DNA of 64,000 bases from Takakia lepidozioides. Taxonomy: Eukaryota; Plantae; Bryophyta. The notes beneath the pieces were generated by a model. The model was not told where the DNA came from and ran no database searches. It worked only from the letters and a program-made list of their open reading frames with translations. The stretch is taken from NCBI GenBank assembly GCA_030704615.1, contig CM060734.1, positions 59,396,001 to 59,460,000 on the forward strand, in the 5' to 3' direction. Shown here piece by piece: positions 12,509 to 26,316 of this stretch (the first letter of the stretch is position 1; every line of letters begins with the position of its first letter). The translations under genes and the position numbers were made by a program.

Positions 12509-13898
12509 AACTCGTGCTGCACAACTACATATCCGTCTCCAACGTGAGTAAGTATCAAAACCCACCCTTGTGCATCATCGCGTAGACTGTTTACAAGGCT
12601 CCACCACCGCTTGAGACGGTGTATATAAAGAGGGGAAGGGCTACATTTTACATGTTGCTTTTGCCTCCATCTCACTTGGGCAAGCAGGCCCATGAAGAAA
12701 AGTAAAGTTGGAACCTAAACCATCTTCAAATGAATAATAAGGCTCCATGAAAAGTTCTCAACCATGTGACTAAAACCCTTTGCCTAGTCCTGCCTTAGGA
12801 TGATAAAACAAATGCACAACAAGGCTCTGGCCCACCTGTGCATTGACCTCTGGGGCTGGGGTTCAGACGACTATATGTTGTCTCTCTCAGCTTTAGGGCT
12901 GGGGCTGTGCCCCTGTTTGCCTTCATGGCCTCCTTAAGGAGGTTTACTTCTCCCCCTCAAGGCTTATTCACTAAATTACATGCAATAAGTGCAGATTGGA
13001 GACTCGATGAATGTCGTAGAGATAGTCGGGGGCCCTGAAGCACAAATTTCAAATTCACCCTATAATCGGAACAATCAAAAAGAAAAAAGAAAACATTTGT
13101 ATAGTTATTTGTAGCTTTGCATCCATCATCTTCCTTGCTTCTTCAGGTTCCAGTCAAATTGACTGGATTGTTGTATAAAATTGGGATGGTATGCATTGGT
13201 TGCCTAGCATTGAGGGCAAAAAAATAAGGGTCCTGCAATAAGGGAGAGAGAGAATCTCCAGTGACACCCAAACTGCATGCCACCTGTGAAGAGTTTACTT
13301 GTCCACAGTGTACCTCCAATCTATGACTAATCCAGGCCAACATTGGAAAGCCATCTCAACTCTTGTTGGAGCTGTGCTGTGAAGCTGAAGCCCTGACGTT
13401 CTTTACTACGTCCTGAAGTCAGATCCCAATGCAATTGGCGTTGGCGCTAAAGAATAGGTTGGGTGACTAGGGTAGAAGCACCTATCATGGCTTAGTATAT
13501 TGCTACATAGAGGAAAAAATTTGAATAGTATACTTGGTGGGGTCCCATAGTGTCATTGGAAAGCTCTTTAGTAAGGCTTGTTTTTGTAGTTCGCGGCCAA
13601 TGATAATTTCGCCATTTTATGCATCTAATTGAGGGAAATGACCCCATTGATCGCATGTGGCCCACCCTGTTCCAGATATGGTACAATTGCCATGGTCCAT
13701 AATATTCTATATGTGCTGCAAGTTGCATCCATTATGGCTCATTATGATTCATGTTTGGCCCATAAGATATTTGCAGGAGCGAAAGAATGAGCGAAAGAAG
13801 GGACTATCCTAAAACAAATCAATTGCATTATATCAATTTTGTGAACACCATGTAATTCATGGAAATCGTTGCAGATTGATCAGAGATTTTCAACAGTG

Positions 13899-14154
13899 TG
13901 TTAGAATTGAGCAAGAACATGAACAAGAACTAAAGTCTTAGACTAAAACTAAAACTAAAGCTCTCCTCCCAACCATAGAAGTCACCATCATACTCTTACA
14001 CTTAGGCTAATGACTTCCACTTCCACTATGGTGACCATCCACATTCTAGCCATTCACCTTCCAAATGTGAGTTAAACAAGATAGTCTCTTAAACTTCTAA
14101 ACCTTTGGCCTTCAAGACTCTTAGTCTTTTAGATATGTTTAATTACTTCCAACA
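13899..14154 (-). repeat. 3' LTR of copia element (256 bp)
   Basis: TGTTAGAATTGAGC...TTACTTCCAACA; matches 18165-18470 except for a ~50-bp indel and scattered substitutions. Confidence 0.9.
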
Positions 14155-17100
14155 CTCCCACTCAATTAAACCATATCATTGAGCTACTTCATTTGTCTTT
14201 GGAGAAGAGACACCAAGTAAGGTTGAACACTTCATGTGTTTTATTTGTGGTAGACTCTTTGTCAAAACATCCGCAACCATATCTCCTGTAGCACAATAGA
14301 TCACCTTGATATCTCCCTTGCATACAACTTCCCGTATGTAGTGATGTTGCACTTCAATGTGCTTCGTCCCTGAATGATACTTCGGATTCTGACTCAGTGC
14401 AATCGCACTTTGATTGTCACAATAGAGATTCGTAGGTAGTGATTGGAGATGACCCAAATCTCCAAGCAACTTCCGTAACCAAATAGTCTCATTTGTTGCT
14501 TGTGTAATGGACATGTACTCAGCTTCTATTGATGCAACGCTGTTGCAACTTGTTGTTTGCTAGACCAAGATACAACTTCACCTGTCAAGAAGGGTTGTGG
14601 TGAATTTCCTAAGGCAGGAAAGTCAAGTGTTAGAGAAATTCAAGGAGTTCAAAGTACTTGCAGAAAAACAAATTGGAAAGTCTCTTAAGATTTTGAGATC
14701 TGACAATGGTGGTGAGTACATCTCAAAGGCTTTCAATCAGTTTTGTCAAGAAAATGAAATATCTCGACAGCTTACTGTTTCATATACATCTAAGCAGAAT
14801 GGTGTAGTTGAGCGGATGAATAGATCACTGCAAGAATCTACAAGGAGTATGTTGAAAGAAGTGAATCTTTCAAATCATTTTTGGGCAGAAGTTGTTGGCA
14901 CTGCAGCATATCTTCACAACAGAATACCTACAAAATCAGTATTGGGAAAAACACCAGAAGAGGTATGGAGTGGTCAGAAGCCTAGTGTGGCTTATTGTAG
15001 GATTTTTGGATGTCGTGCATATATCCATATTCCTACTCAGAAACGAATGACACCCCAAATCAGAAAGATACATACACAGAAAGTATGAATGGATATAAGT
15101 TGTTCAATGAGATAACTAAGGCTATCAAACACAACAGGGACGTAGTGTTTGATGAAGGCTTTATACCCTCTTTGGTAGTGGGAGAATATGACATAGAAAT
15201 GAGCTTAGAGCCATTACATCATTTCCAAGAGGAGTCTTATGAGGAGCCAATACAAGAGATGGCTGAAGCATATGATAGAGGTGTTCAACTTGATGGAGTT
15301 GATCAAGGAGTCGAACTTGATGAACCACTTGTTGATATGGACTCTAGAGATGAAGTTGAAGATGTGTCAATTCTAAGGAGACCTCAACGGGAAAGAAAAA
15401 CTCATAGTAGGCTGATTACATCTACGAGTGTCATTGAAGCTATGGAAGAAGCATCACAAGTGGTTGAACTGGCTACATATGAGGAAGCAATGTGCTCTCC
15501 AGACAAACTACAATGGGAAGAAGCAATCAACTTAGAGTTGGATTCATTGATGCAAAACAAAGCATGGACACTCACTAGGTTGTCTGCAGGACGAAGAGCC
15601 GTTGGTTGCAAGTGGATCTTTAAGTTGAAATACAAAGTTGATGGATCTATTTACCGGTACAAAGCTTGTCTTGTAGCTAAAGGCTATGCACAAGTTCAAT
15701 GAGTGGATTACAATGAAACCTTCTTACCAGTGGTGAAGATTTTTTCTTTCAGAGTGTTGTTAGCTTTTGCAGCTCAACATGATCACGAAGTTCATCAAAT
15801 GGATGTTAAGACGGCATTTCTGAATGGAGAACTACAAGAAGAGATCTACATAAGACAATCTGAAGGGTTTGTACAAGGAGGAGTGATATTGTGTGTAAGC
15901 TGCAAAAGAGTCTGTATGGACTCAAACAAAGTCCTCGAGCTTGGAATGCCAGGATCAATGCTTACCTCTTAAAGGCAAGATTTGAGCCAAGCATTTCTGA
16001 CACAAACATCTATGTGAAAAAGATGGGAGAGCAATTTGTGGTCATAGCTCTATATGTGGATGACACAATCATTGTCACCAACGATCGTCAAAGGTTGTTG
16101 CCAGAAACCAAAGCATTGTTGAGTGTTGAGTTTGTCATGACTGACATGGGTGAGATTTGGTTCTGTCTTGGTATTCAAATCAGCAGAGATCGAGTGAACC
16201 ATATAGTATTGATGCATCAACAACAATACATTGAAACCATTCTACAAAAGTTTAAGTTGGAGATGAGTAAGCCAACATCAACTCCTCTCGAAGTTGGTTT
16301 GAAACTTATGAAGGATATGGCACCTAAGACTCAAGAAGAGCAGGAGGATATCAGGAAGACTATTTATCAAAGCGCAATCGGCAGTTTGATGTATTGCATG
16401 GTTTGTATTAGGCCAGACATTGCATATTCAGTGGGAGTGGTCTCACAATTTCTTTCAAATCCTGGACAAACCCATAAGAAAGTAATGAAGTGGATATTTC
16501 GATATCTAAGAGAAACATCAACCTCTGGTCTACTCTACAAGAGAGTGGAAGATCCAAGCTTGTTGGGGTTTGCTGATGCTGACTGGGCATGAGACGTTGA
16601 TAGTAGAAAATCAACTTCAGGCCATTGTTTTCTCATCAATGAATGTCACAAAGTACATTGCTCATCCAAATGATGTGGTTTGCATTGGCCCGCACACATC
16701 AGAATGTACAATCTCCAATATACTTGTGGCTCTTTGTCCACCATCCTTAGGAAATTGACCTCGATGTTGCTTCCCTTCCACGCAACCTTTGCATAGACGC
16801 ATATCGCTCATCTCCTTCAATGGTAGTCCTTCCACAAGATGGCTTGAGAGTTGCATCTATCTCAACTTCTTAATGCTCACATGACCTAACCTTCTATGCC
16901 ACAACTATGTTTTTGACATGACAGGTGTAGATCCCAACTGTGATAAAAATGTGGTAAGAGCACTAGAAACATGATGTTGTAATCTATACAAACAATTATC
17001 AAGAATAGCTCTTGCTACCACAGCTCTTGAGCTATCTGTGATAGTACAACTCTCATCTTAGAATACCACTCTGTATCCCTTTACAACAATTTAAGAACAT

Positions 17101-18164
17101 ATTGTGTAGGTGAAAGATATCTATAGGATAAGAAATGCTCTCTCTCTGAATTCATATGTTGAGATGTTCCTGAATCAACATACCACACATGCTTCTGTCT
17201 AGTAGTGGCTGAGAGAGATACAACAAATAGAATAGCGTTCATTTGATGAGTAGTTATGTTCCCTTGACCCTTTCTGCTGCGCTCATCTACAATGCGTTTT
17301 CTACAATCCTGGATCGCGTGACCAAGTTTCTTGCAATAAAATCACCTTATTTTGGCATTTTTGATCTTTGAGCTAGATTGAGGTTTCTGAAACCTCTGGG
17401 ACTTCTGAGACACATGTGAAGGGAGTCTTCTATTCAAGACTACTCCAGTCTTGCCTGTGAACAAAGCTCTCTCTACCTCTGTAGACGTACCTTGACTTTT
17501 TCTTCTTGTTTCTTCCTTGAGGAGAAGTCCTATGACAACATAAATAGTTAAGTTGGTCTGTCCTGCTAGAGACACCACAAAATCATCATAGGATTCAGGT
17601 AAGGTTGCCAATAATACCACTGCGGCGTGTTTATCAGTCACATTAGTTCTCATAGAGACTAGTTGATCTCGCAACACACAAAACAAATTCAAGTGTTGTT
17701 CAACTGAGTCTGACTCGGTCATCTTCAGACCATTGAACTTTTGCGTCACATACATTTGCGATGTGACATCCTTCGTCTCATATATGCTTGTTAGCTTGTC
17801 CCAAACATCCTTAGCATTCTTAGCACTTATAATGAGATGCAATTGATTGTCTCTCAAGCTTGTGATGATGCTAGTTTTTGCTTTCTGATCTTTCATATCC
17901 CATATGGCTTGGCCAACAATAGTGTCAGGTCTTGGGACTGATCCATCAACCACTCCCCATAGATCTTTGTCTAGAAGGACCATCTTCATCCTAAACTTCC
18001 AGGTTTGATAGATAGCTCCATTGAATCGATCTTCCACTCTCACATCTAATGCACTCGTCATAGACATAGAAGGAGGATTGCTAGAAGACAACGCTCCAGC
18101 CATGATCAAGTTCTCTCAATCTCAACTACCAACTCTCACCTAGAGAAGAATGGTTCTGATACCA

Positions 18165-18470
18165 TATTAGAATTGAGCAAGAACATGAACAAGAACTAAA
18201 GTCTTAGACTAAAACTAAAACTAAAGCTCTCCTCCCAACCATAGAAGCCACCATCATACTCTTACACTTAGACTAGTGGCTTCACCCCCGAGCTTGTACA
18301 AGAAGGCTCTAGGAAGTCCTACTTGGTCACTTTCACTTCCACTATGGTGACCATCCACCTTCTAGCCATTCACATTTCAAATGTGAGTTAAACAAGATAG
18401 CCTCTTAGACTTCTAAACCTTTGGCCTTCTAGACTCTTAATCTTCTAGATATGTTTAATTACTTCCAACA
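18165..18470 (-). repeat. 5' LTR of copia element (306 bp)
   Basis: Direct repeat of 13899-14154, adjacent to the PBS, followed by TSD CAGTG. Confidence 0.9.
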
Positions 18471-19645
18471 CAGTGAAGACTTATATTGATGCAAACAAGC
18501 ACAAATCAGAATCTGCTAATCTGGATTAAATCATTGATCAAATCAGAATCAGTTGATCTAGATTAATTCATTGATTAGTAAACTACTCACACCCTTTGGC
18601 GTTGAATTCTTCGTTTCTGCAACCTTGCAGCTCTTGCTGCAGTCTCATCAACTGTACTAAGACGAAGTTGCGGTATATAGGGATTGTCGACAGTCTAAAA
18701 AAATTAGTAAAGATGGCATCCTGTGAAACATATCACCTATTCAACGCAACTTCCTCTGCCTTTAAGCGAGTTTTTCTTTTTCTTTCGAGCTTCTGGCATG
18801 CAACAAGAATTTTTCTAGATGCCGATAGTGTCGCGGCCCTTTGCCTTGAGGGCAGGGGGTCGGGACGCAGAGGGGTTGCCCCTGTGGTGGGGGCGGTGGC
18901 AGCAATAGGTACGGGGGACTGAAGCACCCTTGAGTGCCCAAGGCACTCAAGGAGGCGGAGGTACTCACTAGGTAGAGCCCCGTACACCGGGTTGCGGTGG
19001 GGGTGGCTCCACAAGAGGTGGTGGTAGCTTAGTGGGACTTAGTGTGGGTGGCATAGGACTCACCGTGGGGCGGAGACCTTGTGGTGGGAGTCGTGGGGAG
19101 TCTTGGGACTCACCACGGTCCAATGGGGCCGTGGTGGGTGGGCCAAGATTCACCGCGACTCATCACCGGGAATCGAGGGTCTTCGTGGTGGTTCGCCATA
19201 AAATGGCATGGTTGTTTGTGAAACCCCCGCGGACGGTCACAGAAGTATATATAGGGAGTAGTAACCTCGAGAACGGTGCAAGCCCGTTGGTGACCAAAAA
19301 CTAGTGAGTAAGCGAGCGAGCCGGAAAGCGACCAAGGAGTGGGGAGCTATTCCGGACTGCCATCTACCAAAGGGAAGCTTCGGCTGCTCACCGGGACATA
19401 ACGGTCCCTTTTTTTCCCCCAACAGACCCTCCACCAATTTGGGCCTAGTGGAGTTGGCCCGGCGACCAGGTTGGGAGTTAGGCGTGCGCATCAAAGCGAG
19501 TAACTATGACTTGAAGGGGAGCTTACCGAAGTGAGGTGCGCAACAGATAGTCTATCCCTCTCCACTTTTTTGCGCTCTCTTTCCCTGAGTAAAGTCTCTT
19601 TTTGTTGTGTTTTTTCTCGAATGTGTTGAATGTACTGGTCACTCG

Positions 19646-21120
19646 TTACCAAAGCACTACCAATAGTTTGGAAACGAGTTCTACAAAAGCAGCAGGTTGT
19701 GCAAATGACGTATCCAGAGACGAAGACACTTGCAAATTAGCCTCTAGTGGTGCTTCAACTTCTAGCTCTGAATTACTGGTAGTATTCAAGAACTGACTTG
19801 TTGGAATATCACTATCGACTTGTGACTCTAGATGTGCTTCTACTTCCAGGTGTGAGAGATCAGGCATGTACACATCATTGATATCTATCACATTCTCATG
19901 GAAGGAGTTTGTGATTACAGTAGCCTCACCATCCCTACCATGCATTGAAGTTGAATCCATAGACAGCAGCCTCGCCACCGCATCTTCTTTGTCACATTGG
20001 GATGGCCCAAAACACCCGTCCATGGCACCAACGTTGATGGGCCATATGCTTGTCGTTCTGAATCCAGCACGAATATTTGATGGGGTCAAAGCACTTTGTA
20101 GAGCTTTGCTAGCAATAGTCGCTAGGTGCTCTTTTTCCACTTCGCTTCTATGTTGCGTCATAAACAGACTGCGCTCTTGCTTGAAATATCGTTTGAAAGG
20201 CCCAAAACACGCAACATCCAACGGTTGAAGCTTATGGGAAGTGTGTGCAGGAATTGTGAGGATATCAAGTCCCATCCTTGCAGCTTGTTCTATGGTTGCT
20301 TCTGAAACGTGGCTTGAATGATTATCTAAAATCAACAGGTGACGATTAGTCAATGAAATCCCACTGGACACATTTCGTTGAAAATGAGACAACCAATTTG
20401 CAAAGAGCTCTGCTGTCATCCACGCTTTTGTCCGGGTTGCGATCGTTGCTCCCACTTCACAATCTGCAATGTAGTTTCTTCTTGGTATGCGAGATTTCCC
20501 TTTGAATACATAGAAATTGGGCAGTGCATGTCCAAATGCACTCACGCAAAGACAAAATCATCACCCACTCTCAAGATTTTGGCAGAACCCCGTACACGTC
20601 TCTAGAACCTTTCCTCGCCAAGACTCTCATGCCTAATGTGCGGCCTGCTTGTATGCCCGTTTCATCAGTATTCCAAATTTGACCAGCTTCATAGTGCTGC
20701 TCTCTCTAAAACGTCGGCCAAATTTGAATAGAATGGATTGATCATCCCTACATACATTCAATGCACGACTTCTTTCCAGTCCTTCGGCTGTTCTCATCAC
20801 CACTTCTAGATGTATGAGTTGAAACCTCTTCCACCATGTTCGACCAGGATTCCCGTTGGTGAAGTATATGGTCTGTTAGAAACCAAAGCAGCGACTCTAG
20901 ATTTTAGCATTGATAGAGTAACACACATGCCGACATGTTGGGCTCGTATGATCCAAGAGACGAGGTCTTTTTCTTCTTCCGTCGTCAATATTGTTGGTGG
21001 CCCAGATTTCTTTGACATGGTGATGCCGTCCAACCATCTTCTAATGCTGGAGACTGGAATATGAAATTTTTGTGCTGCAGCTCGAATAGAAGGCAAATTT
21101 TCATCCTCCACTTCGGCCAC
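19646..21120 (-). mobile_element. pogo/Fot1-like (Tc1-mariner superfamily, DDE_1/CENP-B type) transposase, frameshifted
   Basis: psq-like HTH SIRAAAQKFHIPVSSIRRW; CENP-B-type HTH LTTEEEKDLVSWI; WNTDETG near 20660-20680; LLILDNHSSH; IPAHTSHKLQPLDVACFGPFK. Split across frames. Element ends not identified. Confidence 0.85.
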
Positions 21121-21631
21121 TGTTTCAGTGCATCCCTACTGATCGAGGGCTTTCCAACGATACTACAATCGTGGCCAAAGGCCGTGCGGTTTGGGAGATC
21201 TCAACGACACTACAAACAATATGTCTAAGCCCAAATGCAACCTCCACTGTCCTTCCAACACTTGATTTTATAATTTAGTTGAATTTTTAGTGAATAAAAT
21301 TGTTTATAATTCCATAAGTCTCGGACCCATCGTTGTCCCGGGAAAGCCCACTTTGCTACTTTTCATGAATTTCTTGTGACCAAAAACACTTGAAATTCCA
21401 AATCTCCCCACGTGAAGGGCCAATCATTGCTCCGGGAAACGCACTTTGCTATTTTTCACGATTTTCCAACGACTGAAAGTACTTGAAATTCATTTTCCAC
21501 ACCGCAGGTCCAAAAATTATGAAACCAAGCCGGTGCACCCCTCCTCATCGAGGGCTTTCCAATGGCACCAAGCACCAGGGCTGGGGCCTCACGGTTAGGG
21601 AGATCTCAATGACGCTACCAAAAAAAAAAAC

Positions 21632-21823
21632 TGCCTCGCTTCATATATTGACGGGTAGCTTGTGCCGTTGGCCCATGTGTGAAGAATTGAAATCTAAGAC
21701 CAAGTGCAATTTCATATGTATCCAAGTGCCTCGCTTCATATATTGACTAGGGTAGCTTGTGCCATTGGCCCATGTGTGAAGAATTGAAATCTAGGACCAA
21801 GTGCAATTTCATATGTATCCAAG
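21632..21823. repeat. Tandem duplication, 2 x ~95 bp
   Basis: TGCCTCGCTTCATATATTGAC...TTTCATATGTATCCAAG starts at both 21632 and 21727. Confidence 0.9.
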
Positions 21824-24800
21824 TGCGTCTCCTATGTCAAGGCCGGGGGTTGGTAGAACGTGAACACACCGGTGAGCACAACGACGTGAGCATAAACCCA
21901 CGGTCATGGGGATTTTATGTTTTTAAACCGCGGTCATAGGAGTTATATGTGTTCAAAACGGAATAAAACCCCAAAACCCTAATGAGAAATATGCACCCAT
22001 AACGTATATCTACAATCTCCAAGTTCCACATATCTATAGCTTTGCTCTCTGGCACCTTTTTTTCTTGCCAATAGGCGGCAAAATTAAAGTAGGAGCTTGA
22101 GGTTTACGAGCAGGTTTTTGAGGTACACTGCTTTGTTTCCGTTTCACTATCTCGAGGATGGTATGACATTGTGAATTAACGGTAGGACAGTCTGCAACAC
22201 TTCGTCTACTAGGAGTCACTGGTCCTCTTCGAGTACCACATACCATCCTGTCCACTTTCTAGCTATATCAATCTGTGATGACTCGTGTCTATCCACTTTC
22301 TATATCAGACTCTGATGACTCACAATCAGTGGTATCCCTTTCACTATCAGTAAAATCGTTCACATTAGTATCTATAATGTTAGACTCTCTATAAATACAA
22401 CAATAAGCAGGAAACAATCTAGGCTTAATGCATCTACAACGTAATGCATAAACTCTAATAGCATCTATAATTGACAATTGATTTTTCAAAATAAGAGGAC
22501 AATGACAATGTGCAGTAGGCAAGTATTTGATAAGTCTGTACTTATCACTATAGCATATTTCACAAGAGCACATAGGGAAACCACGTTCCCCTTCTAATGA
22601 GGTCATTGCAAGTATGGAAAGAGGACTCACTTATGCACAGTGGCAACATATATACTGCATGAATTTTTTGCTAGATCCATGTGAAACACGTAAATCAATG
22701 GTGCATCTTGTGTGTGATCCAATGGCTCTCGCCAAAGCTACTTGATCCTTGTGAAATTAAGCGGCAAAAGCACACAAGTTCAAGCTTGATTGATCACTTT
22801 TGAATTTGGCAGGATCCTTTGGTTTACTGTTTATGTAGTTCTAGACATGGCCCACTACAATCGCTCTGGGCCCACGGCCTCTTTCATAGTGAGCCGTCTT
22901 GTTTCAATTTTGGTGCAGTCATGAGTTAAAGTTGGGGCGCTTTCTCCTACCAACCACATCCCAAATTAATAGAAACTAGTGTGAGTCATGATTGGTGCAG
23001 TAGATGAGCATAGTTACCACTATTTTTGGTCAAAATGATTCATTTATTAGGGCATACATGGGGCCTGGTTCACAATAGGTGCTTCTACCCTATTGCACAT
23101 TTGGAGCAGTGTTTTTTTTTTGGCGAAAAATCGCCAAATGGCGACCTCAAAACATTAAAATGGAATATTTTGTCGTAAATTCCCAATTTTTTCATGGATG
23201 AAATCGCCAAACTCCTACAAGGGAAAAAAAAAAAAAAAAAGAAAAAAAAGGGATGAATTCGCCAAATGTGGATGATATAAATGGATAAAAGTACATAGGA
23301 TGATGATTCTATCCAAATTTTCAATGGATGAACAGAATATATAGCTATTTCTTGTAACCACTCGTGCTATTTTTCAATTTAAAAAAATTAAAAAAAAAAC
23401 TGATTTGGAGAGGTCTAAATTTATTCATATTATTTGGCTTTTGAGTGGTAAAGCACCACAATATTCAACATCAATAAGAGCACTTCAGTGGCAAGCTGAG
23501 AGCATGCAAGTTCTCATTCACTTCCCTAAGAATTGTAGATGTTTGTTTCAGACTAATGGAAGATGGAAACGACATAAGAAAGAGACACTTTATAGATTGG
23601 AAGTGACAAAAAAATGTCCTCACAAAGGCGTTCATGACTATCTTCTTTTACTTGTTTGAAATCAAATCAATTGGGTATACATATGAGTCCATGATGTATA
23701 ATCAGATGTCTCATCATCGTAGAAAGACAAGTCAACCATTTTTTTTTTTAAATCCCAACCCAAACTGAACTTGATTTTCTAAACTTGTAGTGTGAAAAAG
23801 AAGGGGCATACATCCCCTTCTGTTCAATTCTAAATCGGTTCCTTCTAGTGTAGCATCCGCTTGCTAGTCCAAGACCGACACACAGCTTAAAAGCCCTATG
23901 TATTGTTCATGATCAGAGTTCATGTGTCCTCATCCACGCCGCAGCGGAAGAGAAGACATGGATGGGACTGGGAAGCTTCTCCATTTTTATCTCTCAGATT
24001 ATATAGGCAGGGCATGCAATGTCAATAAAATTGTTGTGATGTTACGTGACCCCAACTACACTCTATGTCAGTGAATGCATAGTCCCATGAGGCAATTTCA
24101 CTTCTTGCAATGCTTGTCTGGAACTCCCTTAGATGATCAACCAAAATTTGAGAAGGCATCAAGGATCTACCACAAAGTGCAGGTCTGATAAGTCATCTAC
24201 AACTTATGATTTTCCCTCTTTGTCTCTCAATTGACCATCCCATTCATTACCCCTTTTACTGTGCAGCTCTCTCCTTTCCCAAAACTTTTTTTCTCCCCTT
24301 TCAGATACAAGTACCCAGCTTTAATTATCCAACAATCAGCCTAGATCTAAATACAATGTCGACGCGCCCAGCCAGATATCCAGTGAAATCATCTTGGAAA
24401 TTTGACTTGGAACACACAAGCATCACCACTTCCTACATGAGTCCTTCTCTCATCTCAAAGAGCAAAGAAGCATCACACACTCAGTGACAGTGGGAGGGAT
24501 GCATCTACCCTCTATCAGCACTCCAGTAGACCCATGCATCATCTCCCATTCTCTCTACATCCTCCCTGGTTTGAAATCAGGCCGACTCCATTCCATTTTC
24601 AAAAGTGTTACCTCCTACATCACTCTCACTTGAGAGCCTTTCACAAAAATATCAACAACTATCCTAAGTTCCAAGAAAAAGAAACCCTTCAACCTCTGAC
24701 TTAACTGATTTATCCTCAAACTGAAGTGGTGGGTTGCTTGCATGAACTGACACCCACCCTCCTTGTCAGCAGCTCCACACTGCCTGCTGTCACTGGCCCT

Positions 24801-26101
24801 CACTGGCGCTTTTCTAAAATCAAAGATCTCCCATGCTGGTGCATTCGCCACCTTTCTTGCCTTGTCATAAACAGAATCGACCTGCTCGGGTTGCCCTGCC
24901 CGCAATCAACTACTGCCGTGGCTCTTGGCAATGCGTCCCACAGTAAAATTTATTGTGCTTCCGTACTGGCGCTTCCCAACACTTACCATCGTGGCTTGAT
25001 GATCCGCTAGCATTCCTGCCAACCTACCTTAAAGCAAAAACACATGCTAACACAGAAGCTAGTCCGCATCTCAGATATTTCTCTGTTCTGTACATGCATC
25101 CTTCATTAACCCTATCTACAGGTGATTCGAGTCATTTACCAACTTAGACTATGGAGAATGTGATGTGATATTTTGTGAACATAAGCCAGATTGAGTGAAT
25201 TCTTGGGTTACCTTGGTGCTTGTGAATATCTATGATAAGACACAATATGGAAATTAAATAACTAAAGAATCACTTGCCCAATTTATTTGGAGTTTTTTAG
25301 ACATGCTGAGGTCATTGAACCAAATTACTTCTATTTTTGGTTGAGCATCATCGATAGTATGACAGAGACATTATGAGGGTATGAATCGATATTTTGGAAG
25401 TTTGTAGTGTGAATGCAGAGGAGTAACATTAAAAAAAATTGTTGTTACTTGTTCAGATTCTGCATTTCTACAAGACAGGGGCTCTGATACCAGTGGGAAA
25501 GAAGTTGAGCTATCCCTGTGAGTTTATTTCATCCATTGAATGGACAGATTTTATCCCTGATTTATCATCCCAACGATGGCAGAGTACTTCCACATTTGCC
25601 AGGTTATTTCAAGAGTTGAGGAAAGGATTTGTCGCCTTGATGGAAGTAGGTAAGCTATGAAACATTGGATTTTTTCATCCATCGGATGAATGAAGTTCAT
25701 CCATGTTCTAGGAACATCATGGGAACATTGGGGAACGCTCGGCCAGGATATAGCCTAAGTACCTGCGATTTTTCATCCATCCATGAGTATGAACGAATGG
25801 CCAGGTGTGTTTTTCATCCGGGAGATGAATAAACTTCATCTGTGCGCGATGACGGGGAATGCCCTACGGGGTGCCATGAGCAGAAGAACGAGCAAGAGTG
25901 TGTGTAGCAGGGAGTGTAGGCAGGAAAACACTTGGTGGATTCTGCTGCGGGCAATGGAATGAGCAGGGAGAGTAGGCAGGAACACAAAGAGTAGATTCTG
26001 TTGTGTGTTAATGGTACCGCCATCTTCGTGGTAATGATCAATTTCTGGAGGAGATGCTTACAGGGAGATTGGTGTGGCATGCGATGGAGCAATCAGTTAA
26101 T

Positions 26102-26316
26102 GAGGCGCTGCCGTCACTACTATGGTGATTGGGTAGCTTAGGGCTTGCTGGAGGATGATCGTGCAGGGAACAACTTGGAGATTTGTGCTCAAGCCAGGTG
26201 AAGGGAGGCGGTGTCGTCACTACTGTGGTGATTGGGTAGCTTAGGGCTTGCTGGAGGATGATCGTGCAGGGAACAACTTGGTGATTTGTGCTCAAGCTAG
26301 GTGAAGGAAGGCGGTG
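26102..26316. repeat. Tandem duplication, 2 x ~103 bp
   Basis: GTCACTACT(A/G)TGGTGATTGGGTAGCTTAGGGCTTGCTGGAGGATGATCGTGCAGGGAACAACTTGG is repeated with period 103. Confidence 0.9.

Larger units (their letters stand above)
13899..18470 (-). mobile_element. Ty1/copia LTR retrotransposon, full length but degenerate, with internal inversion
   Basis: LTRs 13899-14154 and 18165-18470; 5-bp TSD CAGTG (13894-13898, 18471-18475). Met-tRNA-type PBS TGGTATCAGAACCA (minus, 18151-18164) and PPT-like TTGAGTGGGAG next to the left LTR. Gag (18109-17342, -), integrase start HSDVCGP (-), integrase LRSDNGGEY and RT YVDD/ADADWA (+), RNase H TKHIEV (-). Stops and frameshifts present. Confidence 0.95.

Noticed and set aside
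12517-12578. Extra upstream micro-exon (MMHK) for the phosphatase gene
   Set aside because: It would need a ~49-nt intron, which is too short to accept without transcript data.
18596-19640. GC-rich ORFs between the copia LTR and the pogo transposase
   Set aside because: Possibly the transposase C-terminus plus a nested insertion, but no domain or termini could be supported.
23105-23460. CAGTG...GGCGAAAAATCGCC element end and GGATGAA-rich repeats (also 25520-25850)
   Set aside because: Looks like a DNA-transposon remnant, but no matching second terminus or TSD was found.
24200-25020. Possible LINE ORF1 remnant on the minus strand
   Set aside because: Only vague similarity; too decayed to call.
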